Virus record (IMG/VR): IMGVR_UViG_3300045988_037736
Span: 32,001-96,000 of that record
Direction: 5' to 3' (one strand)
Origin: a virus
Length of the DNA: 64,000 nucleotides
Of the stretch, positions 62,354-64,000 are shown in pieces. The notes under the pieces are model-generated. The model was not told where the DNA came from, did no database searches, and saw only the letters and a program-made list of their open reading frames with translations. Every line of letters starts with the position of its first letter. Position 1 is the first letter of the stretch. The position numbers and the translations under genes were made by a program.

Positions 62354-62748
62354 GGGGCATATCTGGTATTTGATTGCAAATTATTAGGTAAGAGAACATG
62401 CAAGAGGGCATACTCTATAAATAGCAAGTAAACTTAGATGCAGAAGTTGATGAAACTCCTGTGAGAATGGCTGCATAAGCTTGACTCTGAGCAGCACTTG
62501 CTTGGAAACAGAAAGGTGCAAAAGTCTGAAAGGAAACTAAGACTGGCAGTCCGAGGTCCTAGTGCTTAATTAGCTCTGATATGCACGGAGAAGGTAAGCC
62601 AACTTTTTCTCTGTTTATGGACAATAAAACAGAGTGGTGGAAAGACAACTAGTCAACCCTGTGAAGAAAACACTCCAAATTGAAAAGCATGTACAATTCT
62701 CTTATGTGAAGTTTGTAAGACGAGGGTTCGACTCCCTCATGCTCCACT
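62354..62748 (+). ncRNA. ssrA: tmRNA (ssrA-like) candidate, ~395 nt, 3' CCA not encoded
   Basis: 5' GGGGCATATCTGGTATTTGATTGC and 3' GACGAGGGTTCGACTCCCTCATGCTCCA-A resemble tmRNA ends (GGGGCUGAUUCUGGAUUCGAC... / ...GGGUUCAACUCCCGCCAGCUCCA). Perfect 7-bp acceptor pairing between the two ends. Candidate tag frame ...AEVDETPVRMAA-stop at ~62435-62473. Confidence 0.55.
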
Positions 62749-62770
62749 AATTAAAACCCAAGATTAACAA

Positions 62771-63385
62771 ATGGAAACAAGAAATGTAACACTGACTCTT
62801 GACAAGGCTAAAGAGTTCTATAACAGTGGCAATGATGCTCTCAGAGAGGTAGCATTGCAAGCCTTCACAGAGAATGAACTCAAGGAAGTACACTACACTG
62901 ACATCAAGACCTTTGAGGATGCTTGCAAGGCTCTTGGTCTTAGTGAAGGCAATGTAAACTATGACATAGAGAGAATAGAAGAGGCAGAGTGTGGACTTGG
63001 CAAGCACCTTATAGCCATCTACAAACTGGACATCATCCGCAAGGCTCTTAATGGAGGTTGGGAGCCTAAACTCACCAAGGGAGACATCTACTATAGCTGG
63101 GTAAGGTTCTATCTTCCTAACAAGAAACCTTCTGACAAGAAGACCATTGCAACACTCAAAGCTGATGGTCAGAAGTACCTTCTGGTTTGCAGTTGTGGTG
63201 GCTACGGGTCCTGCGCTGGTCTCGGTTTCTTCGACTCTGGGTGTGGGTGTGGTAACTCGTATGCTTTTTTGGGCTTGCTCTGTTGCAAAAGCAGAGAGAT
63301 AGCTCAGTATATGAGTACACAGTTCGGTGAATACATCTTTGATGCTTGCTATGCTCAGCATCTAGGTGCATATGAGTGGGTATGA
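62771..63385 (+). CDS. hypothetical protein 204 aa with a Cys/Gly-rich C-terminus (CSCGGYGSCAGLGFFDSGCGCG...LLCC)
   Basis: Clean ORF, GC-richer, TGA stop. Confidence 0.55.
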   Translation: METRNVTLTLDKAKEFYNSGNDALREVALQAFTENELKEVHYTDIKTFEDACKALGLSEGNVNYDIERIEEAECGLGKHLIAIYKLDIIRKALNGGWEPKLTKGDIYYSWVRFYLPNKKPSDKKTIATLKADGQKYLLVCSCGGYGSCAGLGFFDSGCGCGNSYAFLGLLCCKSREIAQYMSTQFGEYIFDACYAQHLGAYEWV

Positions 63386-63517
63386 AGCCTAAGACAAAAG
63401 GTAAAAATCATTATGGCAGTGGCTGCACTTTGTTGTAGTCATTGTCATTAATTCTCTCAATCCTGCTCAGAGTATGGCTTAACAAATTATACTTTAACTG
63501 GCTAATAAAGTAGACAA

Positions 63518-63958
63518 ATGGCAAAAATAAACTTTACACAAGAACATTTTGCTCAGATGCAGCATCTCCTCCTTGGAATGCTCATGAGCAATACAACTAT
63601 CACTACCAAATTGGGTGGTGAACTTAATGTGGTAGAACTCCTTCACACTACCACAATCAACACTCTCAACTCTATCAGGCTGAGCTTGGCTAAGCACATA
63701 GAAAACCTTGAGAGCAAGGATGAATGGATTGCAGACAATGCAAGCCAGGAAGCCCTTGACAAAGCAAAAGCTCAGAAGGAGCTTGTAAACCTTATCATAG
63801 GTTACAAGAGGTATGTGCTGGAAAAGGAAGAGACCAAGAGGAAGAAGCTTGCACTTGAGGCAAAGCTTGCTGAACTCAAAGAGTCTCAGAAGACTCCTGA
63901 AGACAAGATTAAGGAGCTTGAAGCTGAGCTTGCTGGTCTTGACAGCACAGAGTTTTAA
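63518..63958 (+). CDS. coiled-coil protein 146 aa
   Basis: ORF with K/E-rich heptad-like C-terminal half. Confidence 0.5.
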   Translation: MAKINFTQEHFAQMQHLLLGMLMSNTTITTKLGGELNVVELLHTTTINTLNSIRLSLAKHIENLESKDEWIADNASQEALDKAKAQKELVNLIIGYKRYVLEKEETKRKKLALEAKLAELKESQKTPEDKIKELEAELAGLDSTEF

Positions 63959-64000
63959 GGAAATGTAGGAGACCAAGGTAATATAGTTCAAAGTACAAGA

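Noticed and set aside
62034-63371. Minus-strand ORFs 62034-62411, 62747-63361 and 63156-63371
   Set aside because: They are antisense to the tmRNA candidate and to the plus-strand 204-aa gene, with low-complexity translations.
58264-64000. Right-hand GC-rich region plus tmRNA as host chromosome flanking an integrated prophage
   Set aside because: No integrase or att-like repeats seen. The HNH gene here is a clear paralog of the one in the minus-strand tRNA array, and the tRNA relics are phage-like. Phage origin is more parsimonious but not proven.
1-64000. CRISPR arrays or large direct repeats
   Set aside because: No spacer-repeat periodicity was noticed anywhere. Only the short ~28-bp motif family at 58.6-59.7 kb is present.

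Overview
This window is a dense, mostly minus-strand block of a large tailed-phage genome. Its features are compatible with a crAss-like (Crassvirales-type) phage, but that assignment is inference only. Recognisable genes include a large terminase subunit interrupted by two LAGLIDADG inteins, a portal-sized protein, a ~504-aa capsid-like protein and a giant 2390-aa protein. There are also an amidase endolysin, a GroES-like co-chaperonin and many homing endonucleases (3 GIY-YIG, 2 HNH). More than 20 tRNA genes lie at 49.7-54.5 kb, with a second RNA cluster at 61.2-62.8 kb that includes a tmRNA-like gene. The most striking feature is amber (TAG) stop-codon reassignment. Many minus-strand genes keep their reading frame only if TAG is read as a sense codon. 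These include a ~1580-aa tail-like gene with dozens of in-frame TAGs, the portal and the terminase. Other long genes (2390 aa, >=1255 aa, capsid) contain no TAG at all. A tRNA with anticodon CUA built on the local tRNA-Gln scaffold sits in the tRNA array. A TAG codon falls inside a poly-Gln run of the portal, which argues for TAG->Gln. The right end (58.7-64 kb) is a GC-richer, plus-strand island of small secreted/lipoprotein genes with tandem paralogs and a repeated ~30-bp upstream motif. Homologies are recognised by eye; coordinates of recoded genes and tRNAs are approximate (+/- a few nt).
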